Of a stretch of 64,000 nucleotides of DNA, positions 11,151 to 21,358 are shown piece after piece. Source of the stretch: an uncultured Methanosarcinales archaeon (GTDB lineage: Archaea > Nanobdellota > Nanobdellia > Woesearchaeales > CAYMBN01); the NCBI GenBank assembly GCA_964388715.1, contig CAYMBN010000001.1, positions 138,962-202,961 of the forward strand. Reading direction: 5' to 3'. The position numbers and the translations under genes were made by a program. A model generated the notes under the pieces. The model saw nothing but the letters and a program-made list of their open reading frames with translations, was not told where the DNA came from and ran no database searches. Positions within the stretch are counted from its first letter, which is position 1, and every line of letters starts with the position of its first letter.

Positions 11151-11849
11151 ATGCTTAGAAAAGCGATTAAAAGAAGAGGTTTGGAGAGTATATTCCATAG
11201 ATTAGTTCTTAAATTAATGATTATTACAGCAATATTTTATGTTTTATTTACAATTGATAGGTTTTTGGTTGATGAGTTTGCAAAGACTTTTGTTACTTTT
11301 CTTGTGATTATTTTACTACTTTTAGGGATTATTTTTCTTTTGCAAACAGCTTTTTTATGTATTTTAAGATCATGGAAGAAGAGGAAAAAGAAAAGAAAGA
11401 AAAAATGGAATTGGAAAAAGTTTGGAATTAAGAAGAAAAGCAAGAGAAGAATAAAGAGAAAGAAGAAAAAGAAGAGATCACGTAAGAGAAGAAAAAAAAG
11501 TAAAAGTAGTAGAATAATAAAGTTAAGAAATGATATAAAAAAGTTTTTTAAAGGAAAATTCAAAAGAAAGAGGAAAAAGAGAAGAAAGAAAGCAAAAAAA
11601 AGAAAAAAGTATGTTATTCAAAAACAAATTATTGTTAAAAAAATTAAATTAAAGGGAAATGAAACAGAACTTGATGTTTTATATAAAAAAGTTAAGAAGA
11701 AAGGTAAAATCAAATTCTCTGATGCTGCAAAATATCTTGGTGTTGATAAGAAGAAGATTGAAGAGTGGGCAGGGATTTTAGAAGAACATAGTTTGATACA
11801 AGTTCATTACCCTGCAATTGGTGAACCAGAGCTTAAAAAATGGAAGTAA
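11151..11849 (+). CDS. Membrane protein with polybasic linker and C-terminal winged helix
   Basis: Two TM helices, about 80 aa K/R tract, ETELD...IEEWAGILEEHSLI HTH-like end. Overlaps the ATPase start. Confidence 0.7.
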   Translation: MLRKAIKRRGLESIFHRLVLKLMIITAIFYVLFTIDRFLVDEFAKTFVTFLVIILLLLGIIFLLQTAFLCILRSWKKRKKKRKKKWNWKKFGIKKKSKRRIKRKKKKKRSRKRRKKSKSSRIIKLRNDIKKFFKGKFKRKRKKRRKKAKKRKKYVIQKQIIVKKIKLKGNETELDVLYKKVKKKGKIKFSDAAKYLGVDKKKIEEWAGILEEHSLIQVHYPAIGEPELKKWK

Positions 11850-13354
11850 TAGAAAAATATGTGGTAACTGTTGATGAGGTTAAGGTAAATGTAAAGATTG
11901 TTGGTAGTACAGGAGGAACAAAATTGTATAAATTGTATGTTCCTAGGATAAGTATTGCTACTATGGCTTTAATTGATGATGTAAGGCATCAGCTTGTTAC
12001 AGATGTTGAAGTTAACACAACTGATATTCTAGATCCAAAAGTAATTGAAACATTAAAGAATAAGTTTAAACAGAGAGCTAATGATTTGATATGGGAAAAA
12101 TTGCCTAGTATAAAAGAGGAAACTAGAAAACTTTTAGTTGGGATTCTTATTAATGAAACACTTGGATTAGGTAAGATTGAGTTTTTGTTGAATGATGGTG
12201 AGTTATAGGAGATTGTTTTAAATTCTGCTGAAGAACCTGTAAGGGTTTATCATAAAAAATATGGTTGGTTAGAAACTAATGTAAAAGTCGGGTCAGAAAA
12301 TCAAATTCAAAATTTTGCAAACATGATTGCAAGAAGGGTTGGTAAACAAATAACTGTTTTAAATCCTTTGTTAGATGCTCATCTTATTACTGGAGACAGA
12401 GCAAATGCTGTTTTTTATCCAATATCAAATAAAGGAAATACCATTACAATAAGAAAATTCGCTAGAGATCCTTGGACTGTGACTGATTTTATTACAAACA
12501 AAACATCAAGTGCTGATATTTTTGCTTTAATATGGATGGCAATACAATATGAAATGAATGTGTTGATAAGTGGAGGAACAGCTTCTGGAAAAACTAGTTT
12601 TTTAAATGTTTGTATGCCATTTATTCCACCTAATCATAGACTTATCAGTATTGAAGATACTCGTGAATTGCAACTTCCAAAGTTTTTGTATTGGTGTCCA
12701 CTTACAACTAGACAACCAAATCCTGAAGGTAAAGGAAAAGTTACAATGCTTGATTTACTTGTGAATTCTTTAAGAATGAGACCTGATAGGATTATCTTAG
12801 GAGAAATGAGAAGGAAAAGGGAAGCAGAAGTATTGTTTGAAGCAATGCATACTGGTCATTCTGTATATGCGACTGTTCACGCTGATTCAATCAATGAAAC
12901 AATTCAAAGGTTAGTTAATCCGCCAATAGAAGTCCCAACTAATTTGTTGGAAGCTGTTAATCTTAATGTTGTTATGTTTAGAGATAGGAGGAAAGGTATA
13001 AGAAGGACTTTTCAAGTGGGTGAGTTTATTGCCTCGGAAGAAAGTGGTCAAATTAGAGTTAAACCAAATATTTTATACAGGTGGAAACCAACTAATGATA
13101 CAATTGTACCACATTCAAAATCATTAAGATTTTTTGAAAATTTAAGTAGGCATACTGGATTAAGTCAATTAGACATTAATAAAGATCTTGCAACTAAAAA
13201 GAAAATACTAAATTATCTTGTTAAACATAATATTAGAAGTTTAAATGATGTAGGTTTAATAATGAAACAATATTATCTTAATCCAGATTTTGTTGTGAAA
13301 ATGGTTAACAAGAATTCAAAGCCAGATAAATTATTGAAATTAAATGTTAAGTGA
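11840..13354 (+). pseudogene. VirB11/TadA(CpaF)-type pilus assembly ATPase interrupted by one in-frame TAG (12206-12208)
   Basis: Both ORFs share a frame and the intervening 38 codons read EIVLNSAEEPVRVYHKKYGWLETN. Walker A GGTASGKT, IEDTRE, RMRPDRIILGE, HTGH present. May be a sequence error. Confidence 0.85.
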
Positions 13355-13359
13355 TTGTT

Positions 13360-14250
13360 ATGTTTAAACTACCTTATTCGCTATTACCTGTAAAAGTTTT
13401 AAGAAGGATTTCTTCAATTTTTATGGGGTTGGGAGAGTTTTTACAAAATCTTTTCCCTTCTTTAGAACTAGATTTGAAACAAGCAGAGGTTGATTTGCCT
13501 CCTAAAGAATATTTGAGTATATGTATTATGGCAAGTTTAATCTTTTTTTGTTTTATTGGATTAGTGTTAATCTCTGTATTAATTGTAATTGGTATTGAGA
13601 AAGGCTTTTTGTTTGGAATTCTGACATGTATGTTTTTAACTTTTTTTGTTTTTTTACAACAGATATCTTATCCAAAAATATATGTGCATAAAAAGATCAG
13701 AAATATTGAAAGAAATTTGTTACCTGCATTACAAAATATAATGATCCAGCTTAATTCAGGTGTGCCTTTGTTTAGTATCCTGGTAAATATATCTAAAGGA
13801 GATTATGGGAAGATTTCTAAAGAATTTTCAAGGGCTGTTAAAGAGATTAATGCTGGTGCATCTCAAACAGAAGCATTGGAGAAGATTGCAGCAGTAAATC
13901 CCTCATTGTTTTTTAGAAGAGCTATTTGGCAACTGATAAATGGAATGAAATCAGGTGCAAATATGTCAAGTATAATCCAGGAAACTATTAATCTGTTATC
14001 AGAAGAACAAGTGTTACAAATTCAAAGGTATGGAAGCCAGCTTAATCCTTTGGCAATGTTTTACATGTTATTTGTGATTATAGGACCTTCATTGGGAACT
14101 ACTTTTCTTATTATGTTATCTTCTTTTTTTTCATTTTCAGATACTGTTACTAAAATGATATTTTGGAGTTTGTTTGGAATTGTAGTCTTTTTCCAGATCA
14201 TGTTCCTAGGTATAATAAAAAATAGGAGGCCAAACTTACTGGGGAATTAA
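13360..14250 (+). CDS. TadB/TadC (T2SS-F family) pilus platform protein
   Basis: IERNLLPALQ...LNSGVPL...DYGKISKEF, TM helices, follows the ATPase. Confidence 0.9.
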   Translation: MFKLPYSLLPVKVLRRISSIFMGLGEFLQNLFPSLELDLKQAEVDLPPKEYLSICIMASLIFFCFIGLVLISVLIVIGIEKGFLFGILTCMFLTFFVFLQQISYPKIYVHKKIRNIERNLLPALQNIMIQLNSGVPLFSILVNISKGDYGKISKEFSRAVKEINAGASQTEALEKIAAVNPSLFFRRAIWQLINGMKSGANMSSIIQETINLLSEEQVLQIQRYGSQLNPLAMFYMLFVIIGPSLGTTFLIMLSSFFSFSDTVTKMIFWSLFGIVVFFQIMFLGIIKNRRPNLLGN

Positions 14251-14251
14251 G

Positions 14252-15223
14252 ATGTACAGATTTTTATCCAATTTTTATCCAAAGAAATTGAAAGAAAATT
14301 ATGTTAATTTGTTAAGGTACTCTGGAATTAAGTTAAATGCAAAGAAGTTTATCGGTTTTACAATTGTTTTTAGCTTTCTTCTTTCACTAGCTGTAGCATT
14401 TTATTTATCTCTGTTTGTAAATTTTCCTTTTTTGGTATCAATTGTAGGATTCTTCTTACTGTTTCAACTCTTTTTTTATTTGTGGTTGGTGTTAAAGACT
14501 GATACTAAAGCAAAATTTGTTGAAAAAACTTTACCAGATGCTTTGCAGTTAATGGCTTCTAATTTGAGAGCTGGTTTAACCACTGACAAGGCTTTATTAC
14601 TCTCAGCAAGACCAGAGTTTGGACCTTTACAAGAAGAGATTAATTATGTTGGAAAAGAGATTACTATGGGAAAGAATATTGGTAATTCTTTACTTGATAT
14701 GACAAAACACATTAAATCTGAGAAATTAAGTAAGACAATACAATTGATTGTTTCTGGTCTAAAAACAGGAGGAGAACTAGCTTCATTGTTGGAGCAAACA
14801 TCAAAAAATCTTAGACAAGAAGAAATAATTGATAGTAGAATACGAGCTAATGTAATGATGTATGTTATTTTTATTTTTGTTGCTATTTGTTTAGGTGCAC
14901 CATTGTTATTTGGTTTAAGTTCTTTTTTAGTTGGTATTTTAAAAGATAATTTGGGGATGGTTGAAATACCTCGGGCTGCAATGGTTTCTTTACCAGTTAG
15001 TTTTGGTGGCATGACAATTGATACTGGGTTCATATTAATGTTTATAGTGGTATTCTTAGTAACTACAGGTATTTTAGGATCATTAATTCTTGGCTTAATC
15101 TCAAAAGGAAGAGAAAGAGAAGGAATAAAATATATGCCTTTCTTAATAACAATAAGTTTAGCAGTGTTCTTCTTAGTTAGATTTGTTATAGAACATTCAT
15201 TAGGTGGATTATTTACACCTTAG
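14252..15223 (+). CDS. TadC (T2SS-F family) pilus platform protein
   Basis: VEKTLPDALQLMASNLRAGL...RPEFGPL, TM helices. Confidence 0.9.
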   Translation: MYRFLSNFYPKKLKENYVNLLRYSGIKLNAKKFIGFTIVFSFLLSLAVAFYLSLFVNFPFLVSIVGFFLLFQLFFYLWLVLKTDTKAKFVEKTLPDALQLMASNLRAGLTTDKALLLSARPEFGPLQEEINYVGKEITMGKNIGNSLLDMTKHIKSEKLSKTIQLIVSGLKTGGELASLLEQTSKNLRQEEIIDSRIRANVMMYVIFIFVAICLGAPLLFGLSSFLVGILKDNLGMVEIPRAAMVSLPVSFGGMTIDTGFILMFIVVFLVTTGILGSLILGLISKGREREGIKYMPFLITISLAVFFLVRFVIEHSLGGLFTP

Positions 15224-15654
15224 CTTTTTTTCTTTTGCATTACTTTCTTAATCTTTTTTGCCTGTGTTTTAAATCCAAATTCTTGACCCATTGCACGGAT
15301 TTGGTATGCTGTTACTACAAAGATTACGAATGTTAAAGCAAGAAATAAGTAACCAGGATATAACATGGCTTGGTTAATTGTTTGTCTCCATCCAAATAAT
15401 TTTGAAATCACATGCCAGATTGAAAATGCTAGGATAAATATCAAGCAAAGTAGAAAATTAGTAGTATGTTTTCTTAATGCAGAACCTTTTGATAATGAAA
15501 TTACTGCCATGGAAGTCCAGATGATTGCTAGTATTCCGAGCGAGAATGTTATAAATCCAATTGCAAGTTCCATGTCAAGTGTAAATTTGAAAATACTAAA
15601 CAAACCAATAAGAATTGCAATCAATCCAAATAAAAAACCTAATCCTTTTTTCAT
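15220..15654 (-). CDS. Four-TM membrane protein, putative KaiC-module sensor
   Basis: Hydrophobic, RBS AGGTGA before ATG 15654, co-oriented with the inactive KaiC-like gene. Confidence 0.6.
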   Translation of the reverse strand: MKKGLGFLFGLIAILIGLFSIFKFTLDMELAIGFITFSLGILAIIWTSMAVISLSKGSALRKHTTNFLLCLIFILAFSIWHVISKLFGWRQTINQAMLYPGYLFLALTFVIFVVTAYQIRAMGQEFGFKTQAKKIKKVMQKKKS

Positions 15655-15706
15655 GTGAATCACCTTCTTTTTTGAATGTTTGTACAATGCTATGTACATT
15701 CTTTTT

Positions 15707-16267
15707 TTAAAGACTTAATGTAACGTCACAAAATTGTGTTAACTCATCTATTAATTCTTGATCTTTTTGTTTTCTTAATGAAACAATGATACCTTTAACA
15801 CCCCAAGTTCTCATTTTTCCAGCTAAAAAATGAATAAATTTTGCTACTGTTGTAATATTGTTGTATAATAATAAAGTGGAAAGTGAATCAAAGAAAACAA
15901 ACTTTTCTTTTGATGGTAATGCTCTAACTGCCTGGTCCATTGAAACAGATATATCGCTTAGATTGTCTGGTGAACCAATAAATAGACATTCATTAGTCTT
16001 TTTAACTTTTCCACCTGTTGTTTTAGTTACAGCATCAATAAAAATTATCATTCTTGTATCAATTTTCTTTTTTTTGAGAGTTTCTTTCATAGTTTCAAAT
16101 GGTTTGTTAAGAGTAACGTAGACTCCTGGAACATTTTCCTTGTCTATTAAGTGTTTTATAATTTCTAGATTTGTTTTGTGGTAATTTTTAGCATCAATAG
16201 TAGCTAGAATAACATATTTTTTTAAGTCTTTTACCTTTTTTTTGAATTCTTGCTCTATGTTTGCCAT
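15707..16267 (-). CDS. Inactivated KaiC/RecA-like domain protein (DUF835/DUF7504-like)
   Basis: GVYVTLNKP, FIDAVT, FFDSLSTLLLYN. No Walker A. Confidence 0.75.
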   Translation of the reverse strand: MANIEQEFKKKVKDLKKYVILATIDAKNYHKTNLEIIKHLIDKENVPGVYVTLNKPFETMKETLKKKKIDTRMIIFIDAVTKTTGGKVKKTNECLFIGSPDNLSDISVSMDQAVRALPSKEKFVFFDSLSTLLLYNNITTVAKFIHFLAGKMRTWGVKGIIVSLRKQKDQELIDELTQFCDVTLSL

Positions 16268-16400
16268 TTTAAGAAATGTTTTTATCTATCACCATATTAA
16301 TCTTATTTTTTATTATATATAAATCTATTGAAAATAAGAGTAGGTTTTCAAAAGTTTTATATATTAGTTTTAAGATATTTATAATAAAAAAGGGATTTTG

Positions 16401-17120
16401 ATGATTAAGAGAATAAAAACAGGAATTCCAGGAATGGATGAACTGTTAAAAGGAGGATTAAGAGAAAAGACTTCTATTCTTATTGGAGGACCTCCTGGAA
16501 CAGGAAAAACTATATTTGCTATTCAATTTATTATTGAAGGTGCTAAAAGAAAGGAGCCAGGAATTTATATCACTTGTGAAGAAACTGTTGAAGATATAAG
16601 GGAATGTGCAGATTCTCTTGGATTGCCTTTAAGAAAGTATGAAAAGAAAGGTTTGATAACTTTAATACAACAATCTATTCTTCCAAAAAAGTTGATGACA
16701 ATATCAGTTCCACTAAACCAAATTAAAAAGAAAAAAGTAAAAAGAGTTGTTCTTGATTCTATAACATTGTTTGAATATGGGCAGACCTCTGGAATAGTGG
16801 ATTATAGAAAAGAGGTTCTAAACTTTGTTTTGCGTATGAAAGAGTTGGATGTGAATTTATTAGCTATAGCTGAAAAACCAGTTATTGATATAGATAATAT
16901 TCAATATAAACCAGAAGATTTTTTATTTGAAGGTGTAATAATTCTAACAAAAATAAGGCAAAGTTCTTCTTTTGAACATTGTATAACAATACCTAAAATA
17001 AGAGGACAAGACCATTCAGTTGATGTTCATCCTTATAAAATCAGCAAAGGTGGAATAACCATATTCCCAACAGAGATTCCTTTCTCATTAATAGGAAAAG
17101 ATGCTGAGAAAGGTAAATAA
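16401..17120 (+). CDS. Single-domain KaiC-family ATPase
   Basis: RIKTGIPGMDELLKGG, GPPGTGKT, VLDSIT, KIRG. Confidence 0.9.
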   Translation: MIKRIKTGIPGMDELLKGGLREKTSILIGGPPGTGKTIFAIQFIIEGAKRKEPGIYITCEETVEDIRECADSLGLPLRKYEKKGLITLIQQSILPKKLMTISVPLNQIKKKKVKRVVLDSITLFEYGQTSGIVDYRKEVLNFVLRMKELDVNLLAIAEKPVIDIDNIQYKPEDFLFEGVIILTKIRQSSSFEHCITIPKIRGQDHSVDVHPYKISKGGITIFPTEIPFSLIGKDAEKGK

Positions 17121-17132
17121 ATGTGATTTAAT

Positions 17133-17828
17133 ATGGCAATAAAAAGAGTTCCAACTGGTATTCCAAAACTTAATTCTTTAGTAAGTGGTGGTTTTAAAAA
17201 AGAAAGTGTTAATCTGGTAACTGGTGGTCCTGGTTCTGGAAAAACTATATTTGCAACACAGTTTATAATGGAAGGTCTTAAAAAAGGTGAGACTGGAATT
17301 TATATTACGTTTGAAGAAAAAAAGAAAAAGTTTTATGAAGATATGCTTGTGTTTGGTTGGGACTTAGAAAAATATGAAAAGAAAAAGAAATTTGCTTTTT
17401 TAGAATATACACCTGAACAAGTTAAAAAAATTTTAACTGAAGGCGGTGGTATTGTGGAAACAGTTATTGAAAAACTTAAAGCTAAACGTTTGGTTATAGA
17501 TTCTATTACTTCTTTTTCATTGTTATATGAAGATGAATTAACAAGAAAAGAGGCTGCTTTGGCTTTGTTTGAGCTTATTGATAAATGGGGTTGTACAGCA
17601 GTGCTTACTTCCCAAGACAGATCTCCAAACGATCATATTATTTCTGCTGCACTTGAGTTTGAAACAGATGCTATTGTTTTGTTGTATCATGTAAAGAAAA
17701 AAGGTGTTAGAACAAGAGCTTTAGAAGTTTTGAAGATGAGAGGGACAAAGACCCCTGAGAAAACCTTTGATTTTAAGATTACTAAGAAAGGAATAATCGT
17801 AAACCCAAGAAAGATTTCTAAATTTTAA
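17133..17828 (+). CDS. Single-domain KaiC-family ATPase
   Basis: RVPTGIP, GGPGSGKT, ITFEE, IDSIT, VLKMRGT. Confidence 0.92.
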   Translation: MAIKRVPTGIPKLNSLVSGGFKKESVNLVTGGPGSGKTIFATQFIMEGLKKGETGIYITFEEKKKKFYEDMLVFGWDLEKYEKKKKFAFLEYTPEQVKKILTEGGGIVETVIEKLKAKRLVIDSITSFSLLYEDELTRKEAALALFELIDKWGCTAVLTSQDRSPNDHIISAALEFETDAIVLLYHVKKKGVRTRALEVLKMRGTKTPEKTFDFKITKKGIIVNPRKISKF

Positions 17829-18550
17829 ACTAAGTACATAATTGCTATTCCAACTAGAAATGTTATAAAGATTAATGAAAACTTTTTCATGTTAAGTTCT
17901 TTTCGTAGTTCTGGTACTAAGTCTGAAGCTGATATGTAAAGAAAACCTCCTGCTGCAAATGGAAGTAAGAACATCATGAATGATTCTGCATAACTGGAAA
18001 GATAAAAACCAATTAATCCACCTAATACAGCTGTAATTGCTGTGAGAAAGTTCATTAAAAGTGCTTTTGATCGTTTAAAACCAGCATAAACTAATACACC
18101 AAAATCGCCAATTTCTTGCGGAAGTTCGTGCAGTGCAACTGCTAATGTGGTTGTTATTCCAAGCGGAATACTTGCAACAAAACTTGCTGCAATGATAAGG
18201 CCGTCTATGAAATTGTGAACTGAATCTCCAAAAAGATTAATGTAAGCAAATGAATGAATTTGACAATGTTCTTCATGGCAATGTCGCCAATGTAAAATCT
18301 TTTCTATAAGAAAAAAAAGAATGAAACCGAGTATCACAAATAAAAAGGTTGATTCAAGTGAGAATTTTTCAATTGCTTCTGGAATTAAATGTAGGAAAGC
18401 GCCACCCATTAATGCACCTGCTGAGAGTGCAACAAGAATGATAATTATTTTATCAAGAAGCTTTTGTTTAAATGATAATGTTAAGATTCCAATAAGAGCG
18501 AGAATGCTTATCAAAGATGTTGCTGCGAGTATGTAGAGTAATGTTGACAT
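17825..18550 (-). CDS. ZIP-family metal transporter
   Basis: HNFIDG, HELPQEIGDF, His-rich loop. Confidence 0.93.
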   Translation of the reverse strand: MSTLLYILAATSLISILALIGILTLSFKQKLLDKIIIILVALSAGALMGGAFLHLIPEAIEKFSLESTFLFVILGFILFFLIEKILHWRHCHEEHCQIHSFAYINLFGDSVHNFIDGLIIAASFVASIPLGITTTLAVALHELPQEIGDFGVLVYAGFKRSKALLMNFLTAITAVLGGLIGFYLSSYAESFMMFLLPFAAGGFLYISASDLVPELRKELNMKKFSLIFITFLVGIAIMYLV

Positions 18551-18562
18551 TTTAATGAGTTA

Positions 18563-19036
18563 TTATTTCTTTAGTTTATATAACTTTTCCTTAACTTCCT
18601 TTGGAACAAACCTACTAATATCTCCACCAAGTGATGCTATTTCTTTTACACCTGAAGAACTTAGGAAAGAATATTTTTGATCTGTCATGATGAAAACTGT
18701 CTCAATGTCTGTGTGTAATGTTCTGTTTGCTGAAGATAACTGAAATTCGTAGTCAAAGTCTGAGATGACTCTTAATCCTCTTAGGATTATGTTGCATTGT
18801 TTTTGTTTCATATAATTTACTAATAGTCCTGTGAATGATTCAACTTCAACATTGTTTGTAGTGCATTGTTTTATCATTTCAACTCTTTCTTGGGTGGGAA
18901 AAGTTGTTTTTTTGTTTGGATTGTTTGTAACTGCAACTATTACTTTGTCAAATATCTTTAATGCTCGTTCTATTATGTCCAAGTGACCTAAAGTTATTGG
19001 GTCAAATGTTCCTGCATATACACAAGTTTTTGCCAT
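18563..19036 (-). CDS. coaD: Phosphopantetheine adenylyltransferase (bacterial type)
   Basis: YAGTFDPITLGHLDII, RGLR..SDFDYE, LSSSGVKEIASLGGD. Confidence 0.95.
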   Translation of the reverse strand: MAKTCVYAGTFDPITLGHLDIIERALKIFDKVIVAVTNNPNKKTTFPTQERVEMIKQCTTNNVEVESFTGLLVNYMKQKQCNIILRGLRVISDFDYEFQLSSANRTLHTDIETVFIMTDQKYSFLSSSGVKEIASLGGDISRFVPKEVKEKLYKLKK

Positions 19037-19518
19037 AGTTCTGTTATTTGTTGTTTTGTTTTATTAAGATTGTTGTTTTGTATAATATAATCAGGGTTTT
19101 TTGGCATTTTTTGAGTTGAGATTATTTTTTTTATTTTTTCTGGTTTTAAGTCAGATCTTGGGGTTTCAGATTTTACTAAGATTATTTTGTCACAGATTTC
19201 TTTTAGGTCTAATTGGATTAAAACAGCTGCATCAATTATGTTGATTTTATGCTTTTGGATTTTTTGTTGGATTTTTTGTTTTATTTTTGAATGAGTTAAG
19301 TTGTTTAATTGTTCGAGTCTTTTTATGTCATCAAAGACAATGTCTGATATCTGTTGTTTATCAGTTGTTAGGAATAGTTCTTGGATTAATTTATGGTTTT
19401 CTGCGAAAACAATATGTCCAATCTTGTCTGCGTCAATTATGTTTGCACCTAAGTCTCTGAAAAGGTTTGCTATGGTTGTTTTACCTGAACCAAGATATCC
19501 TGTGAGACCAATTATCAT
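18994..19518 (-). CDS. coaE: Dephospho-CoA kinase (bacterial type)
   Basis: MIIGLTGYLGSGKTT, IIDADKIGH, LNNLTH. Start at ATG 19518. Confidence 0.85.
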   Translation of the reverse strand: MIIGLTGYLGSGKTTIANLFRDLGANIIDADKIGHIVFAENHKLIQELFLTTDKQQISDIVFDDIKRLEQLNNLTHSKIKQKIQQKIQKHKINIIDAAVLIQLDLKEICDKIILVKSETPRSDLKPEKIKKIISTQKMPKNPDYIIQNNNLNKTKQQITELWQKLVYMQEHLTQ

Positions 19519-19574
19519 TTTAAGTAATAGAATTGGGTTGTGTTTATATTTTTTGTTGAAACTCTTAAAATTAT

Positions 19575-19620
19575 CAAGAAATAGGTCAAGAAGAGGCACA
19601 TCGCCTCCTCTTGTTTCTTG
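19575..19620. terminator. Imperfect hairpin downstream of the 82-aa ORF, possible terminator
   Basis: CAAGAAA/TTTCTTG, CAAGA/TCTTG and GAGGC/GCCTC nested stems. Confidence 0.4.
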
Positions 19621-19638
19621 TTTGACGGGAAATGAAAA

Positions 19639-19887
19639 TTATAAAAAGATACTGATTATATTTGCGAAAAGTCCGTTCTCATGAGCCTGAGGACTGATGA
19701 GTGCAACTTCTTCTCTATTGGAACTTAGTTCAGAATACTTATCAAGAGTTCTTAAGAAAAGCTTTATTTCATTCATTGCTCCAACTAATTCATAACGTTT
19801 TTTCCCGCTAACTTCTTTGTCTTTCAAGACTTTACTGATTTTGATGTGCCTGCTTTCAAATATCCGAATTAGATCACTTGCGTACAA
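19639..19887 (-). CDS. Hypothetical protein
   Basis: 82 aa, RBS GAGGTGA and TATA upstream. Confidence 0.6.
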   Translation of the reverse strand: MYASDLIRIFESRHIKISKVLKDKEVSGKKRYELVGAMNEIKLFLRTLDKYSELSSNREEVALISPQAHENGLFANIISIFL

Positions 19888-20017
19888 GTTATCACCTCTT
19901 TTTATAATATTTAAACTGTACTAGTATATAAATCTTTCGATTGATATACATATTTGTATACTAGAATACCCCTTAGTTTCCTTTGGAAACAGGACAGAAA
20001 GGTAGAATTTAAAGGTT

Positions 20018-21358
20018 TTAGAGCTTTTTGATGGTTCCTATGTTTGCATTTACTTCAAGCAAATCATTGTCTTTGAAAGCTTTTGTTGCTAGTCTTGTGC
20101 CTATGATACAAGGAATGTTCAATTCTCTGCTTATTATGGCTGCGTGGCATGTAATGCCTCCTTCATCTGTGATTATTGCAGAAACCTTTGATAAATAAGG
20201 TACAAAGTTTGTTGTTGTCATGTGTGTAATCAAGATATGGCCATCTTGGATATTTTCAATGTCTTGCATTGTTTTTACAATGATTGCTTTTCCTGTTACT
20301 TGACCCTTACAAGCAGGAAAACCTTTGATACCAGAAGGAAGAGTTTGTTCTGATTCTTTGATTAAATGAATGTTTTCATGATTATAGTATGTTGGTTTTT
20401 GGTTTATGTAAGTAAAACCCCATGATTTTTGTCGTTTTTTACTTTCTTTGATTTGATTATTTGTAAAGATTTGTTTTAGTTCTTCATTGCTTAAGTGAAG
20501 TAGATTATTGTATTCCGTGTTAAGTCTTTTTGCGATTTCTTTAAGAAATTTTAGTGTTGGTCTCATTCCAATTGAAGTCATATCTTTAATGTAAGTTCTT
20601 AAGTGAATCCATTCTCTAAATTGTTTTAGTAAGAGTTCTTCCTTTTCTGTAAAGTTGAGGTTTGGGATTGTTTGTTTTGTTTTTTTTAATGGTTTAACTT
20701 TTTTTAATTGTTTTTTATAATGTTCAATTGTGTAAGGAAGTCCTGTAAACATTACGCAACCCATCCAAGAGAATTTTTCTGCGTGTTGTTTTAATAATTG
20801 TTCTTGATTAGAACTTTGTGCAATTCGAATTATGCTATTTTGTTCTTGGAACATTAAAGAATCTTGGATTGGCATTGAGAATTGTAGAAAAAGATTATCT
20901 TGTTGGTCTTTATCTTGAGTTTTTTTTGATAAAAGTGTTCTGAATTTTTTTTCAAGGATTTGGCTGATTTGAACAGTACCTTTAAAACTCATGAAAGCAG
21001 TGAGTTCTGCTATTACTTGATATGCTTTGAAAAAGTTTGTGATTAATTCTGTATTTGAAAGTGTTTTGGGGCTGATTTGTCTTAATTTCTCGACGGTATT
21101 TTGAAGTTTTTTTACTGTAAAATCTATTTTTTGTTTTATTTTGTCTGGAAAAAAAGGATCATTGTTGATTTTTTGTTTTATGTGTTTATACAAGTTGTCT
21201 AAGCATTGTTTACAAAAATAAATATCACCATCAACGTGTTTTATGTGCAGATTTCCTTTGTAATCTAAATTTTTCTTCATTAGTGGTATAGAGATTACAT
21301 GAAGTCCTTGTGCTAATGGTACTTGCGGTTTTTTCATTGCCCATTGCCAGTTATTCAT
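20018..21358 (-). CDS. PEP-utilizer mobile (His swivel) domain protein
   Basis: ILITHMTT...[19 protein letters not shown] at the C-terminus. Paralog of 3396..4778. Confidence 0.85.
   Translation of the reverse strand: MNNWQWAMKKPQVPLAQGLHVISIPLMKKNLDYKGNLHIKHVDGDIYFCKQCLDNLYKHIKQKINNDPFFPDKIKQKIDFTVKKLQNTVEKLRQISPKTLSNTELITNFFKAYQVIAELTAFMSFKGTVQISQILEKKFRTLLSKKTQDKDQQDNLFLQFSMPIQDSLMFQEQNSIIRIAQSSNQEQLLKQHAEKFSWMGCVMFTGLPYTIEHYKKQLKKVKPLKKTKQTIPNLNFTEKEELLLKQFREWIHLRTYIKDMTSIGMRPTLKFLKEIAKRLNTEYNNLLHLSNEELKQIFTNNQIKESKKRQKSWGFTYINQKPTYYNHENIHLIKESEQTLPSGIKGFPACKGQVTGKAIIVKTMQDIENIQDGHILITHMTTTNFVPYLSKVSAIITDEGGITCHAAIISRELNIPCIIGTRLATKAFKDNDLLEVNANIGTIKKL

Noticed and set aside
12206..12208. 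Genome-wide TAG recoding or pyrrolysine
   Set aside because: TAG ends other genes at plausible positions (4778, 15223, 24139, 63629), only one internal TAG was seen, and there are no pyl genes in the window.
19976..19990. GTTTCC-TTT-GGAAAC as an ORB origin box
   Set aside because: Single copy, no G-string, far from cdc6. More likely a small hairpin or operator, possibly related to the triloop family.
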